Positions 34,946 to 43,421 of a DNA stretch of 64,000 nt are shown one piece after another. The DNA lies in IMG/VR virus record IMGVR_UViG_3300028392_001993, positions 64,001 through 128,000 of that record; one strand, given 5' to 3'. Positions within the stretch are counted from its first letter, which is position 1; each line of letters begins with the position of its first letter. Position numbers and translations under genes: made by a program. This DNA is from a virus. The notes beneath the pieces were generated by a model. The model searched no databases. It was not told the origin of the DNA and saw only the letters and a program-made list of their open reading frames with translations.

Positions 34946-35915
34946 TATCAAAGTCCTCAAATTTCATTGTTAAAAATCTTTGATAATTATGTTCCAGTAC
35001 TGATTGCATATCATTGTACATCTTGTTCAATTCAGTGATACTCATGCTTGCAAGATAATTTAACACTTTTTTAATTTCAGTTTGGCTATATAGATATGGA
35101 TCTTGATCGTATCCTTCGTCCCACCATTGGTCAAATGTTTTAAATCCCAGTTGTTTCAAACGTTGTAACATGTACTGCGGGCCTTGAATTATGAAGGGAG
35201 TTTTGGTTGTGACAGATCTCCAAAACTTTTCAGTAAGAAAAAATACGTTTCCATTGCTAAATGTTTCACACACAACATCAACAAAAATATTTTTATACCA
35301 ATCACAAATCTCAATTATTGCATTTTCATTGACAATTGGATAGGAGTGTTTTTCACTGAATCTAATAGGAGCCTGGTTAATTAAATTTAATGCTTCCAGA
35401 TACTCATCACTTTGTACTCCAAAATAATATATTATATCTTCAAGTCCTAGATGCACACGATGAAATTCATTACCTGGTTCAAAATGGTATGTTAATAAAG
35501 TTTTGTCAGCATAATTGGTCCAGAGATGACTAGACATAATCAATCTAGTAATATTGCTTCGTCCAACAAAACATCCAAAGTGTTTTTGTATTTGTTTTTC
35601 TTTAGAAATGGATCTATTCAATTTCTGAAACAATTTTAATTCATACATCCAGGATGGGTGTTTAACTACACGAAATCTATCATAGTTTTCTAGAATATTT
35701 CCTGTATGAATTTCAATTTGATTGTAATCTATACCACTATCTGCTAGATAATCTAGCACGTTTTTTAATTCTGTTGTGGAAATATCAGGTGCCTCAAGTT
35801 GAAAATCAATTATTATGTTACCGTGCTGTGCAAGTTTATGTGCAATTTCGGTAGCAGTTGTTTCAACATTCCATATTCGACTGTCCCCGCTCTTGACAAG
35901 AATTCTATTAGACAT
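34935..35915 (-). CDS. GT10-like glycosyltransferase, paralogue 4 (divergent, AT-rich)
   Basis: FGCFVGRSNITR...DVVCET...FLTEKFWRSV...PFIIQG...GFKTF...WDEGYD. Confidence 0.55.
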   Translation of the reverse strand: MSNRILVKSGDSRIWNVETTATEIAHKLAQHGNIIIDFQLEAPDISTTELKNVLDYLADSGIDYNQIEIHTGNILENYDRFRVVKHPSWMYELKLFQKLNRSISKEKQIQKHFGCFVGRSNITRLIMSSHLWTNYADKTLLTYHFEPGNEFHRVHLGLEDIIYYFGVQSDEYLEALNLINQAPIRFSEKHSYPIVNENAIIEICDWYKNIFVDVVCETFSNGNVFFLTEKFWRSVTTKTPFIIQGPQYMLQRLKQLGFKTFDQWWDEGYDQDPYLYSQTEIKKVLNYLASMSITELNKMYNDMQSVLEHNYQRFLTMKFEDFDNVT

Positions 35916-36741
35916 GACTGATTCCCTCGCACAACGTTAGTTTTTTAGTTGTTTCTATTGTTCTAAATTCTTTAAAAACATATTGATATTCCCAATCATT
36001 GGTTTGCTCCGTCGGCCAATGCAAACTCATCCATTGATTTAACAATGTATAGGCTTGATCTTTTGGTATAGACAATCCAAAGAATTTTTCCAGGTAGTCA
36101 ATAAGGTCGGGCCATCGTTCGGGCCAAATAATTAACTCCAATGGCATAACTGGCAATTTGCTCCGATTGAGTATGCGACGTCTTTCTCGAACTTTATCGT
36201 AAAAATTGCAGAGGTTAACAGTGACCCAGATTTCTTCTCCGTAGGCCTGTTTAAATTTTTCAATGTCGTTCTCATCTTGAAAAGTAAAATTAAACATTCT
36301 ACCAGCACCATATTTCATAGTGTATGCTCTGATTTGCCAATTCAATCCAAACATTGTGGTGGGTGCTATGGACAATAATTTTACATAATCAACTTGATTA
36401 AGATCCAATGCAGTATTATGGTCCATTAAATCAAGAATAAAGTGTTGTTGTTCTATAATTTTTTCTAGTTGTTGGTTTAATGGAATTAGTCCTGGGACTC
36501 TAGGATCTCCGAGATCCATGCTGATACCGTGATCAGTGTATTGCTTTAAACGATATTCACATCTGAACCAATCTCGATAATTGGTTGGATACAGATATTT
36601 CATTAGATAATCCAGGCGAGACATTCCTTGTAAATTTACCGGAAAAAACACAGACTCATCTAATAGACAAATATTTTTTGATATATTTTTGGCGGCCCCG
36701 ATGTCAGCATGTAGCACTAGAATTTGTTTGGACATTACCAA
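35908..36741 (-). CDS. Hypothetical protein (AT-rich)
   Basis: 277 aa; operonic overlaps. Confidence 0.6.
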   Translation of the reverse strand: MVMSKQILVLHADIGAAKNISKNICLLDESVFFPVNLQGMSRLDYLMKYLYPTNYRDWFRCEYRLKQYTDHGISMDLGDPRVPGLIPLNQQLEKIIEQQHFILDLMDHNTALDLNQVDYVKLLSIAPTTMFGLNWQIRAYTMKYGAGRMFNFTFQDENDIEKFKQAYGEEIWVTVNLCNFYDKVRERRRILNRSKLPVMPLELIIWPERWPDLIDYLEKFFGLSIPKDQAYTLLNQWMSLHWPTEQTNDWEYQYVFKEFRTIETTKKLTLCEGISHV

Positions 36742-37661
36742 CCTTCTTGCTGACGGATCACATCAATTTCTCTAGTCATGATACCACGGTTCTGCCAATT
36801 TGATTTGTAGTGATGTTTGAAGAATTTACTTTGCTCGTATTCCAACATAGCAAGAGGCAGGTCTAGTGTTGTGCCCAGTTCTTCGGCCATTCTATTGGCT
36901 AGTAATCTTGGATCAGAGTCTTTCACAGTGTCCCACAGGTCACGTAGTTTTTCAAAGTCCTGTACCATGATATGATCTACATTGGTCAGCATGGTCATAT
37001 ATGTGCCCATACGGCTTCCGGCAATGCACCACATGCCGTTTTCAACATCTGTACCCACATTGTGCCATATGGTCAAGTTATCTAGATTGCGTTGATGCAC
37101 ACGTTGTTTAAAGTCTTGAATAGTGGGCCTAGCACCTTTGTTAAGACACATCTTAACACCTTCACGGAAGCCGGCACGCCAGGCGTGAAAAGGTGATTGG
37201 TTGGGATATGTTGTTGAGTAGCAGTCGTGCATGGCCCAATACATAGGGTCAAAACAAAACTCTACCACAGTTTCATCACTTCCGTCTGTATTCTCGTGTG
37301 TTTGCATATTCATCACGTGCGTTCGGGTCCACGACGATAAGCCGCCATTGCCGTACATGAGTCCGTTCACATGGTTACGAGCTCGCCATCGGAACACAGC
37401 CCGCTCATGTTCAGGTGTAGGAAAATCAAGCGTTTGGTTAAAAAACGCCGGATCGGGTATATTGTCTCCATCAATGAGGATAAATCGTTCAGTGCCAGAA
37501 GCCAAGGCCGCGGCTTTGTGTGCCGCATCGCTTCCTAATACACCATCCACACGCTTGGCCCAAGGCACCATGTTCCGAATGCGGATCCAATATTCTTCTT
37601 TTTCAGGTTCATCATATGATAGGTAAATGCAGTCTAAATCTGCAATGTCAATCGGATTCAT
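36735..37661 (-). CDS. GT-A-fold glycosyltransferase-like protein
   Basis: LDCIYLSYDEP, AHKAAA, FILIDGDN (DxD), YGNGG, AWRAGFREGVKM. Confidence 0.65.
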   Translation of the reverse strand: MNPIDIADLDCIYLSYDEPEKEEYWIRIRNMVPWAKRVDGVLGSDAAHKAAALASGTERFILIDGDNIPDPAFFNQTLDFPTPEHERAVFRWRARNHVNGLMYGNGGLSSWTRTHVMNMQTHENTDGSDETVVEFCFDPMYWAMHDCYSTTYPNQSPFHAWRAGFREGVKMCLNKGARPTIQDFKQRVHQRNLDNLTIWHNVGTDVENGMWCIAGSRMGTYMTMLTNVDHIMVQDFEKLRDLWDTVKDSDPRLLANRMAEELGTTLDLPLAMLEYEQSKFFKHHYKSNWQNRGIMTREIDVIRQQEGW

Positions 37662-37980
37662 AAGTTTTCATACTCCATCTTTGGTGTGGTTCTGATTCAG
37701 GCACTACTATGGCCACGTTGTCGGGATAGCAAGGTGTGCCTGTATCTGCGGGTGCCAGTCTGCGTACAACCGGTTTCAATTCAATCAAGCGGCCATCTCG
37801 CACTCGAACATTCCGGGGCGATCGGGCATAGGTTTCGGCATCAACATCAATATATGTACCAGGTAGCTCTTCCATGCTGTAAGTTATTGGCTCACCTGCT
37901 TCATTGTGGTACAAGCGCCACGATACCGGGCTGGGCTCGGGCATGGCATGCAAAATTGCCCAGAATTCATCGGGGGTCAC
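37648..37980 (-). CDS. Conserved hypothetical protein
   Basis: RLYHNEAGEPITYSMEELPGTYI. Confidence 0.65.
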   Translation of the reverse strand: MTPDEFWAILHAMPEPSPVSWRLYHNEAGEPITYSMEELPGTYIDVDAETYARSPRNVRVRDGRLIELKPVVRRLAPADTGTPCYPDNVAIVVPESEPHQRWSMKTYESD

Positions 37981-38755
37981 GGCGCCATTCCTTTACATTG
38001 TAATGAAATGCACCATGTTGCATTATGGTGTTTACTCGTAATTCATAATCACGATATTCACAGATCAGTTCATCCACCCAAGGATCTCGCTTGGCAGCAA
38101 TAATGTGTCGCTTCATGTGTATAATTGTGGGATATCTAGCAAATGGCAAAGTGCAATTTTCTGGGCCAATGATGGTGGCCGCAATAGCATACACTACATC
38201 AGTTGATGGCGCTTGTTCGGGGAACTTTAACATAGCACGATAGTGCGGCCAGTTTTCAAATATATTGCGTACTGTCACAAAGAACTCTTGTGCTGTTGCG
38301 CTCAGGCGCCAATAGGTAATGGCATTGTACACATCTGGCAGGTTGTTGGCATCAAACACTTGTCTATAGTGTCTGGCACTGGCCCGGCGGTCTTTCCAAT
38401 CTCTGCAGCCAGTTGATACTACTACATCGCGATGACGCAACAAGTTCCACCAATGATCAATAGGACTGGTAATCAGCATATCTGCTTCTAGTTTGATTGT
38501 TTCACGGAATGGTGTGGCGTCGAACACTTGCCAGTCGTTGGCATAGGGATTGGCAGTATCGATAGGAAACGGGAACTCACGCACGTAATCAAACAACGGA
38601 CCAGTACCCACCGGCTCGTTGGTTAGTAAACAGATTTTTGCATCCGGGTGCCAGTATTTGATTGTTTTGGCCAGGGTCTCACTGCAATTCACGTAGTCTG
38701 TGTTTTGAGTATTGGTTGCTACTATCAAATAGCCTTTTTCTTCAACGGGTTTCAA
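37967..38755 (-). CDS. GT8-like (GT-A) glycosyltransferase
   Basis: GYLIVA, TPFRETIKLEADML, LPDVYNA, STD, IIHMK. Confidence 0.65.
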   Translation of the reverse strand: MKPVEEKGYLIVATNTQNTDYVNCSETLAKTIKYWHPDAKICLLTNEPVGTGPLFDYVREFPFPIDTANPYANDWQVFDATPFRETIKLEADMLITSPIDHWWNLLRHRDVVVSTGCRDWKDRRASARHYRQVFDANNLPDVYNAITYWRLSATAQEFFVTVRNIFENWPHYRAMLKFPEQAPSTDVVYAIAATIIGPENCTLPFARYPTIIHMKRHIIAAKRDPWVDELICEYRDYELRVNTIMQHGAFHYNVKEWRRDPR

Positions 38756-39548
38756 TTATTTTCTCCAGATGTCGTTTGCCCATGGCATGAAAGTCTTGAT
38801 TGCGTATGGTGGTCCAGCGGGGTCGTTTGTCTTGATCTTGATAATCTATTCTGTAACAATCCTTGCTGGTTCTAGTTACAGTATGTTCAGGCGTAACACT
38901 GGCCAAGGCCCAGGGTATGCTAGAGTATTCTAGTGTTTGTCCGTTTACAATTGTAAGTGCTATACTCAGTGCGTAGTCATTGCGAAACATCGAGCCCGGC
39001 ATTTGGTATAGATCTTTATAGTGGCGCCAGTTGTTCTTGATCATTTGCATGCAGTCAAATATCAACTGGGCGTGATCACTACGTCTAAACATCATGACCG
39101 TGGCCCAACTCATAGGCATGTTGTACTCACCATACGCATTAAGGCCCACAAAGTTGTCTCGCCCAGTCAAGTCATATGCACCAGCATGCGCCAAAAAATC
39201 TTGGTTGCTATCTAATACAATCTTTAACTGATCGCTGGCTACCACATAGTCAGCATCTAGTACTAGGGTTTGATCCCATGGGGAAAGAGTATAGGCATCA
39301 GTTCTACCTGCATTGTGCCACGTAACAGTCGCCTGATAATCCTCAAACCAACGTGTTCCTCCTGAGGCAGCCGTTGCCGGAATAACTCTATCGAATCCAC
39401 CAACTCTTGGATCTCTTGCGCCAACGTCTGTGACGATGGCAGTAGGTATGTTGAGGTGCCTACGAATGTTTCGAGCACTCCACTCAGCCATAGCAACGTA
39501 GTCGGTTGATTCATTGTTAAAAGCAAATATCAGTGCACCAGTGGTCAT
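38742..39548 (-). CDS. GT8-like (GT-A) glycosyltransferase
   Basis: GALIFAFNN, SPWDQTLVLDADY (DxD), WATVMMF, RNDYALS, DFHAMGK. Confidence 0.7.
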   Translation of the reverse strand: MTTGALIFAFNNESTDYVAMAEWSARNIRRHLNIPTAIVTDVGARDPRVGGFDRVIPATAASGGTRWFEDYQATVTWHNAGRTDAYTLSPWDQTLVLDADYVVASDQLKIVLDSNQDFLAHAGAYDLTGRDNFVGLNAYGEYNMPMSWATVMMFRRSDHAQLIFDCMQMIKNNWRHYKDLYQMPGSMFRNDYALSIALTIVNGQTLEYSSIPWALASVTPEHTVTRTSKDCYRIDYQDQDKRPRWTTIRNQDFHAMGKRHLEKIIETR

Positions 39549-39853
39549 CGGTTCTTGTTGAGGTTTTCGTGTTCTACACGCCAGGCGTTCATTTGTTCTT
39601 GCCAGCGTTCGTGTGACCGGGCAAATAGTTCAGGCACGTTTACCCGCACAGGAGTTTCATACAGGTCTAACAGTACAACATCCGTGTCTTGGGCACAGGC
39701 CAACAGCACACATTGCAGTTCTGATCCGGCTCGCCACATACCACCTGCGTGAGCAAACAACATCCGGGCCTCGTATTTTTCTTTTAGGGTGCGCCGTGCA
39801 GCCGCATGATCGAATCGAGCCCGTGCGTGAGCCACAAGTTTTTCAGTTTCCAT
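39545..39853 (-). CDS. Hypothetical protein, first gene of the minus-strand tailoring operon
   Basis: ATG 39853 (METEKLVAHARARFDH...), 6 nt after a -10 box. Confidence 0.65.
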   Translation of the reverse strand: METEKLVAHARARFDHAAARRTLKEKYEARMLFAHAGGMWRAGSELQCVLLACAQDTDVVLLDLYETPVRVNVPELFARSHERWQEQMNAWRVEHENLNKNR

Positions 39854-39859
39854 AGATTT

Positions 39860-39888
39860 ATTATACAAGAAAAAGAGGTAGAAGTCTA
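39860..39888 (-). promoter_or_regulatory. sigma70-type promoter for the minus-strand tailoring operon
   Basis: TAGACT (39888-39883), 17 nt, TATAAT (39865-39860) on the minus strand. Confidence 0.6.
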
Positions 39889-39896
39889 CCTCTTTT
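39871..39896 (-). terminator. Intrinsic terminator ending the late structural transcript
   Basis: AAAAGAGGTAG-AAGT-CTACCTCTTTT inverted repeat with flanking A/T runs; overlaps the -35 box above. Confidence 0.75.
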
Positions 39897-39912
39897 GTGG
39901 GAGTTTAACCGA

Positions 39913-40902
39913 TTATGCTGTTGTGGCAGCAATAGTAGGTGTACCCCAACTACTGGTCAAAGAGGCGGTAGAAGGTGGTATATAGGTACACAATGTTGTG
40001 GGTGCAGTGCCAGTGATTGTGGTGCTGGGGCTTGATGTTGCAGTGCCACCTGAAATATTACAACTTTTTCCTGCACCAGATACCGCCGGTTGATACCAAG
40101 TGGTGACCAAGGTCAGCACTGTGGTTGATGTTTGTGTGGCTGTGGTTTGGATGTACTCGCCGGTATACGGTGATGTGGCATTGTTTAACTGGAATATTGT
40201 AGCCGGAGTTCCTGTAAGTTGGTACCATCCTGTGGTTGTGGCCAGGGTAGTTTGTGTACCGCCTGTGCCACCAATACGAGTTGTTCCTGTATAACTAGTA
40301 CCTGCAATAGTTTGAGCAGCCGAGTTAACCCGCCCACTAACATAAATTGATCCACATAGGGCGGCAAAGGCGTTCCAATCTGGATCAATGTCGGTACCAG
40401 TAGAACTTTTGCCATATTGTAATCTCACACGTCCACCTGCGTTCCAAAAGTAACGTGCTTGGTCAGCACTTGGGAATGTAACTGTGTGTGTAAAAGTAAT
40501 GGTCCAGGTTGTTTGAGCTGATCCTGTGGCTGCGGTCTTTGATGTTGTGCCTGTGAATGTTCCGTATTCTGTGCCCACTGCCGCGGCATTGCCGCGGTTG
40601 GTAGTGACTGAGGTGATGTCAGCACTCACGTTGGCCAAAATATTGATTGTGGTGCCTGCTGTGGGTGCTGACCTTGATGTGAGTGTGGTATTGGTTTGGG
40701 TACCAGATGAACTCAAGTTGTTGACCAATTGTGCCCATTGTGTTGCTGTGACTGTACCGGCTGTGGCTGCCGAAGTAAATGCTGTTTGTCCCCAGCCTTT
40801 GTCACCCGATCCTGTGGCCCAGATATCATTCAAACCACCTGCTGTGGTTGTGAATGTATTGTAATCTGCCGCTTGTATTAAACTTCCGCTAGTATATGTC
40901 AT
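39913..40902 (-). CDS. Thr-rich virion (tail/baseplate-associated) protein
   Basis: MTYTSGSLIQAADYN; about 80 of 329 residues are Thr by hand count; lies in the structural operon; RBS AGGA. Confidence 0.6.
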   Translation of the reverse strand: MTYTSGSLIQAADYNTFTTTAGGLNDIWATGSGDKGWGQTAFTSAATAGTVTATQWAQLVNNLSSSGTQTNTTLTSRSAPTAGTTINILANVSADITSVTTNRGNAAAVGTEYGTFTGTTSKTAATGSAQTTWTITFTHTVTFPSADQARYFWNAGGRVRLQYGKSSTGTDIDPDWNAFAALCGSIYVSGRVNSAAQTIAGTSYTGTTRIGGTGGTQTTLATTTGWYQLTGTPATIFQLNNATSPYTGEYIQTTATQTSTTVLTLVTTWYQPAVSGAGKSCNISGGTATSSPSTTITGTAPTTLCTYIPPSTASLTSSWGTPTIAATTA

Positions 40903-40914
40903 TTCTGTTCCTAA

Positions 40915-42648
40915 TTAGTTCTTGATGGTTACAATTGCTTCAATTGTACCTGATTCTGGGGTCAGCTTGTCAACCAAGCTTCGTCCGATTACGTTGAATG
41001 AAGTGGCTTCTCCAGATCGAGCCGCTCTGGCAATGCCCAAACCTGCTGAAACCAATCTGTCGCCTTTGCGTATCGTGCCTGTTACTTTGACTGGGACACG
41101 TCCGGTCATTGCAACTGGAGGATGTGTGTCGTCTTCGCCAGCACCACCATTCATCAAGTATGCCGCTCTAGTACTTATCACACCAAATACATTTTCGCTT
41201 AATTCTGTAACGGATCTAGTGATTTCTTGTGTGCCGCCTAGTTCAACCACTGTGCCTGCTTCAAGCACTTCGTCTGCGGCAAAGCGTTCTGCAACGTCAG
41301 CATAAAGTGCTGTGGTAGCAGTGGCAAACAATCTGTTGAAGTAACTGCTGGAACTACCAATGTTGCCCACAGCGTTGGTACCTGTGTGTGCAATACTTTG
41401 TGCGCTGACCACGTTGGCGTACATTGTGCTAGTATCAACCACAATCACGTTGGCTGTGCCGCCAATACTGACGGTGAAATTGCCCCCGCTGGTACCAATT
41501 AAGGCATTGGATGTACCATTTTGAATTTGGCTCACGCTGACCGCGGCGCTGATACCTGTCAATTGGCTACCGTTACCAATGATGTAGCTGCCGGTTACGT
41601 TGCCAACAGCACTTACCAACCCACTGGTTAAAATATTGCCAGAAGTGATGTTGCCAGTTGTCGATACAGGAGCTCCAGCTGGTATAGTTATATTACCAAT
41701 AAAGTTTGCGCCATATACATTACCGCCTGCTGAGACTATACCTGCTGTTAAAATGTTTCCATGTATGGCATTACCAGTACTGGACATTATACCGGTGCTG
41801 AAAGTGTTGCCAGAAGTGATGTTGCCAGTTGTGGAAACTGGGGCTCCAGCTGGTATAGTTATATTACCAATAAAGTTTGCGCCGTACACATTGCCAGCGG
41901 CTGATACCACGCCTGCAGTCAATACATTACCACCAGCGATGTTACCGGTAATGTTGCCATAGCCAGTGATGTTAGCACCGGTGCTGGTAAATGTAGCGGT
42001 TGTTGCTCCTCCAGCACTGACTACTACGTTTCCTGCGCCAATTAAATTGCCACTGATGTTAGTACCAGCGGCATTGCTCATGGTCATACCTTTGTAAACT
42101 GTTGGGAACAAGGTAGATGTAGGAGCTGCCGCAGTAAATGTAGAGTCGTTATTAAAGATTGCTACTCGCACGTTGTTAACATATAGTGTTGTTACATAAT
42201 GTGGGGTGGCTCCTGAATCATTAACAGTTTCGGGGATTGCACCTGCTGTGCCAGTTGAACTAGAATAGGCGGGCCCTACTACAAGGAAACCAGTTCCTGT
42301 ATAAACTTTTACTTGTTGATTAACTGTGTCATACCATAGGTCGCCTGTGACATTTGATGTTGGAGCTGTGGCGCTGGCTGTTGCCGCGCTGATTGTTTTG
42401 AATGTTGAACCGTTATAAACTTTGAGCAAACTGTTGGTTTTATCCCACCAAAGTTGTCCAGTTAATGGTGCTGGCGGGGCGGTGGTATTTGATCCATTTT
42501 CAAGCAGGTGTATAAAGTTATCATCTAAGAACTGCCCGTACCCAGCATAGTTTTTACCCACTAGCGTCATGCTACTGGCGGTGTTTATGGTTCCATCGTT
42601 GACGGTAGCAAAAACTGTTCCGTCTGTAAGATTAATTGTATATGCCAT
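40915..42648 (-). CDS. Tail fibre/spike with a C-terminal intramolecular chaperone (peptidase G2-like autocleavage) domain
   Basis: N-terminal attachment segment (LVGKNYAGYGQFLDDNFIHLLEN, GQLWWD); GNIT-type beta repeats; C-terminal YADVAERF...GTVV...GVIS...PVAMTGRVPVKV...KGDRLVS...IGRSL. Confidence 0.8.
   Translation of the reverse strand: MAYTINLTDGTVFATVNDGTINTASSMTLVGKNYAGYGQFLDDNFIHLLENGSNTTAPPAPLTGQLWWDKTNSLLKVYNGSTFKTISAATASATAPTSNVTGDLWYDTVNQQVKVYTGTGFLVVGPAYSSSTGTAGAIPETVNDSGATPHYVTTLYVNNVRVAIFNNDSTFTAAAPTSTLFPTVYKGMTMSNAAGTNISGNLIGAGNVVVSAGGATTATFTSTGANITGYGNITGNIAGGNVLTAGVVSAAGNVYGANFIGNITIPAGAPVSTTGNITSGNTFSTGIMSSTGNAIHGNILTAGIVSAGGNVYGANFIGNITIPAGAPVSTTGNITSGNILTSGLVSAVGNVTGSYIIGNGSQLTGISAAVSVSQIQNGTSNALIGTSGGNFTVSIGGTANVIVVDTSTMYANVVSAQSIAHTGTNAVGNIGSSSSYFNRLFATATTALYADVAERFAADEVLEAGTVVELGGTQEITRSVTELSENVFGVISTRAAYLMNGGAGEDDTHPPVAMTGRVPVKVTGTIRKGDRLVSAGLGIARAARSGEATSFNVIGRSLVDKLTPESGTIEAIVTIKN
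41638..41910 (-). repeat. 57-aa (171 bp period) direct repeat in the tail fibre shaft
   Basis: GNVYGANFIGNITIPAGAPVSTTGNITSGN occurs twice; DNA anchors GCTCCAGCTGG at 41672 and 41843. Confidence 0.9.
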
Positions 42649-42666
42649 TTCAGTTTCCTGTTTCTA

Positions 42667-42674
42667 TATTTATA
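42667..42674 (-). promoter_or_regulatory. T4-type late promoter TATAAATA
   Basis: Exact TATAAATA on the minus strand, containing the TAA stop of the upstream gene; precedes the tail fibre. Confidence 0.7.
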
Positions 42675-43275
42675 CAGCGTTGATATTGCTCAAGGTCTGT
42701 ATTCTAAGCGTGTAATCAATCTGAATTTGTCGATTCAAGCTCTTTTGTACCGGGTGAAAAATCACGTGTGTAATCAGGCGCAGATTATCTGCGCTACCGT
42801 TCCAAGTTTTAAGTCCCAGCTCATCAAACACGTATTCACCGTTGTAATTGGTAGAATTGTCAAATGCTTGCTGTTGTGGGGGTTCACCGTAGTCCAACAA
42901 ACAAGTTACCAGGATATCAGTGTAAAGATTACCTGCTGTGTGTAACACAGTCATTTTGTTGTTTTCGGGGTCTGTATCAGCGGCTGAGTTGTCGTCTACT
43001 ACTTTTTGGTATGTTTGGTTATACAAGTCAGCGTTCTGTCCTGTGGTATTTGGGGGCAAATATGTAATAACACCTGTGGGGTCTACACTACTGCCGCCAT
43101 TGCCAAATGCCATTTGATAAATGTAGCCCAGATTACGATCTGCTAGGCTTTGGGCCATTGCTACTGAAATGTTTTCATAGTGAATGGCGTTGTGATCATC
43201 ATAGAATATTTCACCGCTTGCAGGGTCATAGATCTTGACATGCCCTGAAATTTTTGCTAGTCCAGGCTCAATCAT
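42670..43275 (-). CDS. Putative baseplate/tail structural protein
   Basis: GHVKIYDP...HNAIH...MAFGNGG...FDELGL...LITHVIFHPVQKSLNRQIQIDYTLRI; position in the structural operon. Confidence 0.65.
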   Translation of the reverse strand: MIEPGLAKISGHVKIYDPASGEIFYDDHNAIHYENISVAMAQSLADRNLGYIYQMAFGNGGSSVDPTGVITYLPPNTTGQNADLYNQTYQKVVDDNSAADTDPENNKMTVLHTAGNLYTDILVTCLLDYGEPPQQQAFDNSTNYNGEYVFDELGLKTWNGSADNLRLITHVIFHPVQKSLNRQIQIDYTLRIQTLSNINAV

Positions 43276-43421
43276 GCTCGCCCCTCCACGTAAGTCTTTT
43301 GTGTTTTTGGATCAAACACTCTGAAGTATCCCTGCACGTTGACAGTGCCGGTTTCGTTGGGTTTGCTGAGCTTTTGCTCTTTTTTGGGCTCAACTTGTTG
43401 ATTTTGCTGTGTATTTGACAT
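43272..43421 (-). CDS. 49-aa micro-protein
   Basis: MSNTQQNQQVEPKKEQKLSKPNETGTVNVQGYFRVFDPKTQKTYVEGRA*; TAAATA box at 43429-43434; ATGA overlap; not in the ORF track. Confidence 0.7.
   Translation of the reverse strand: MSNTQQNQQVEPKKEQKLSKPNETGTVNVQGYFRVFDPKTQKTYVEGRA

Noticed and set aside
11327-39853. Confident call of the cluster as a DNA hypermodification locus
   Set aside because: No dCMP/dUMP hydroxymethylase, 5hmU kinase, aGPT-Pplase, TET/JBP or Que/dpd gene is recognisable in this window. It remains an alternative because such genes could lie elsewhere.
11327-39853. Host-derived O-antigen/capsule locus or bacterial chromosome
   Set aside because: No wzx, wzy, wzm/wzt or priming transferase; flanked by phage early cassettes and a baseplate operon with uniform phage-like gene packing.
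41638-41910. DGR or invertible-segment signature in the tail fibre
   Set aside because: It is a simple in-frame direct repeat in the shaft with mostly synonymous differences, and no recombinase or RT lies nearby.
43272-43421. Programmed -1 frameshift fusing the 49-aa ORF to the next gene (tail-chaperone style)
   Set aside because: The junction is an ordinary ATGA overlap with no slippery heptamer at the end of the ORF.
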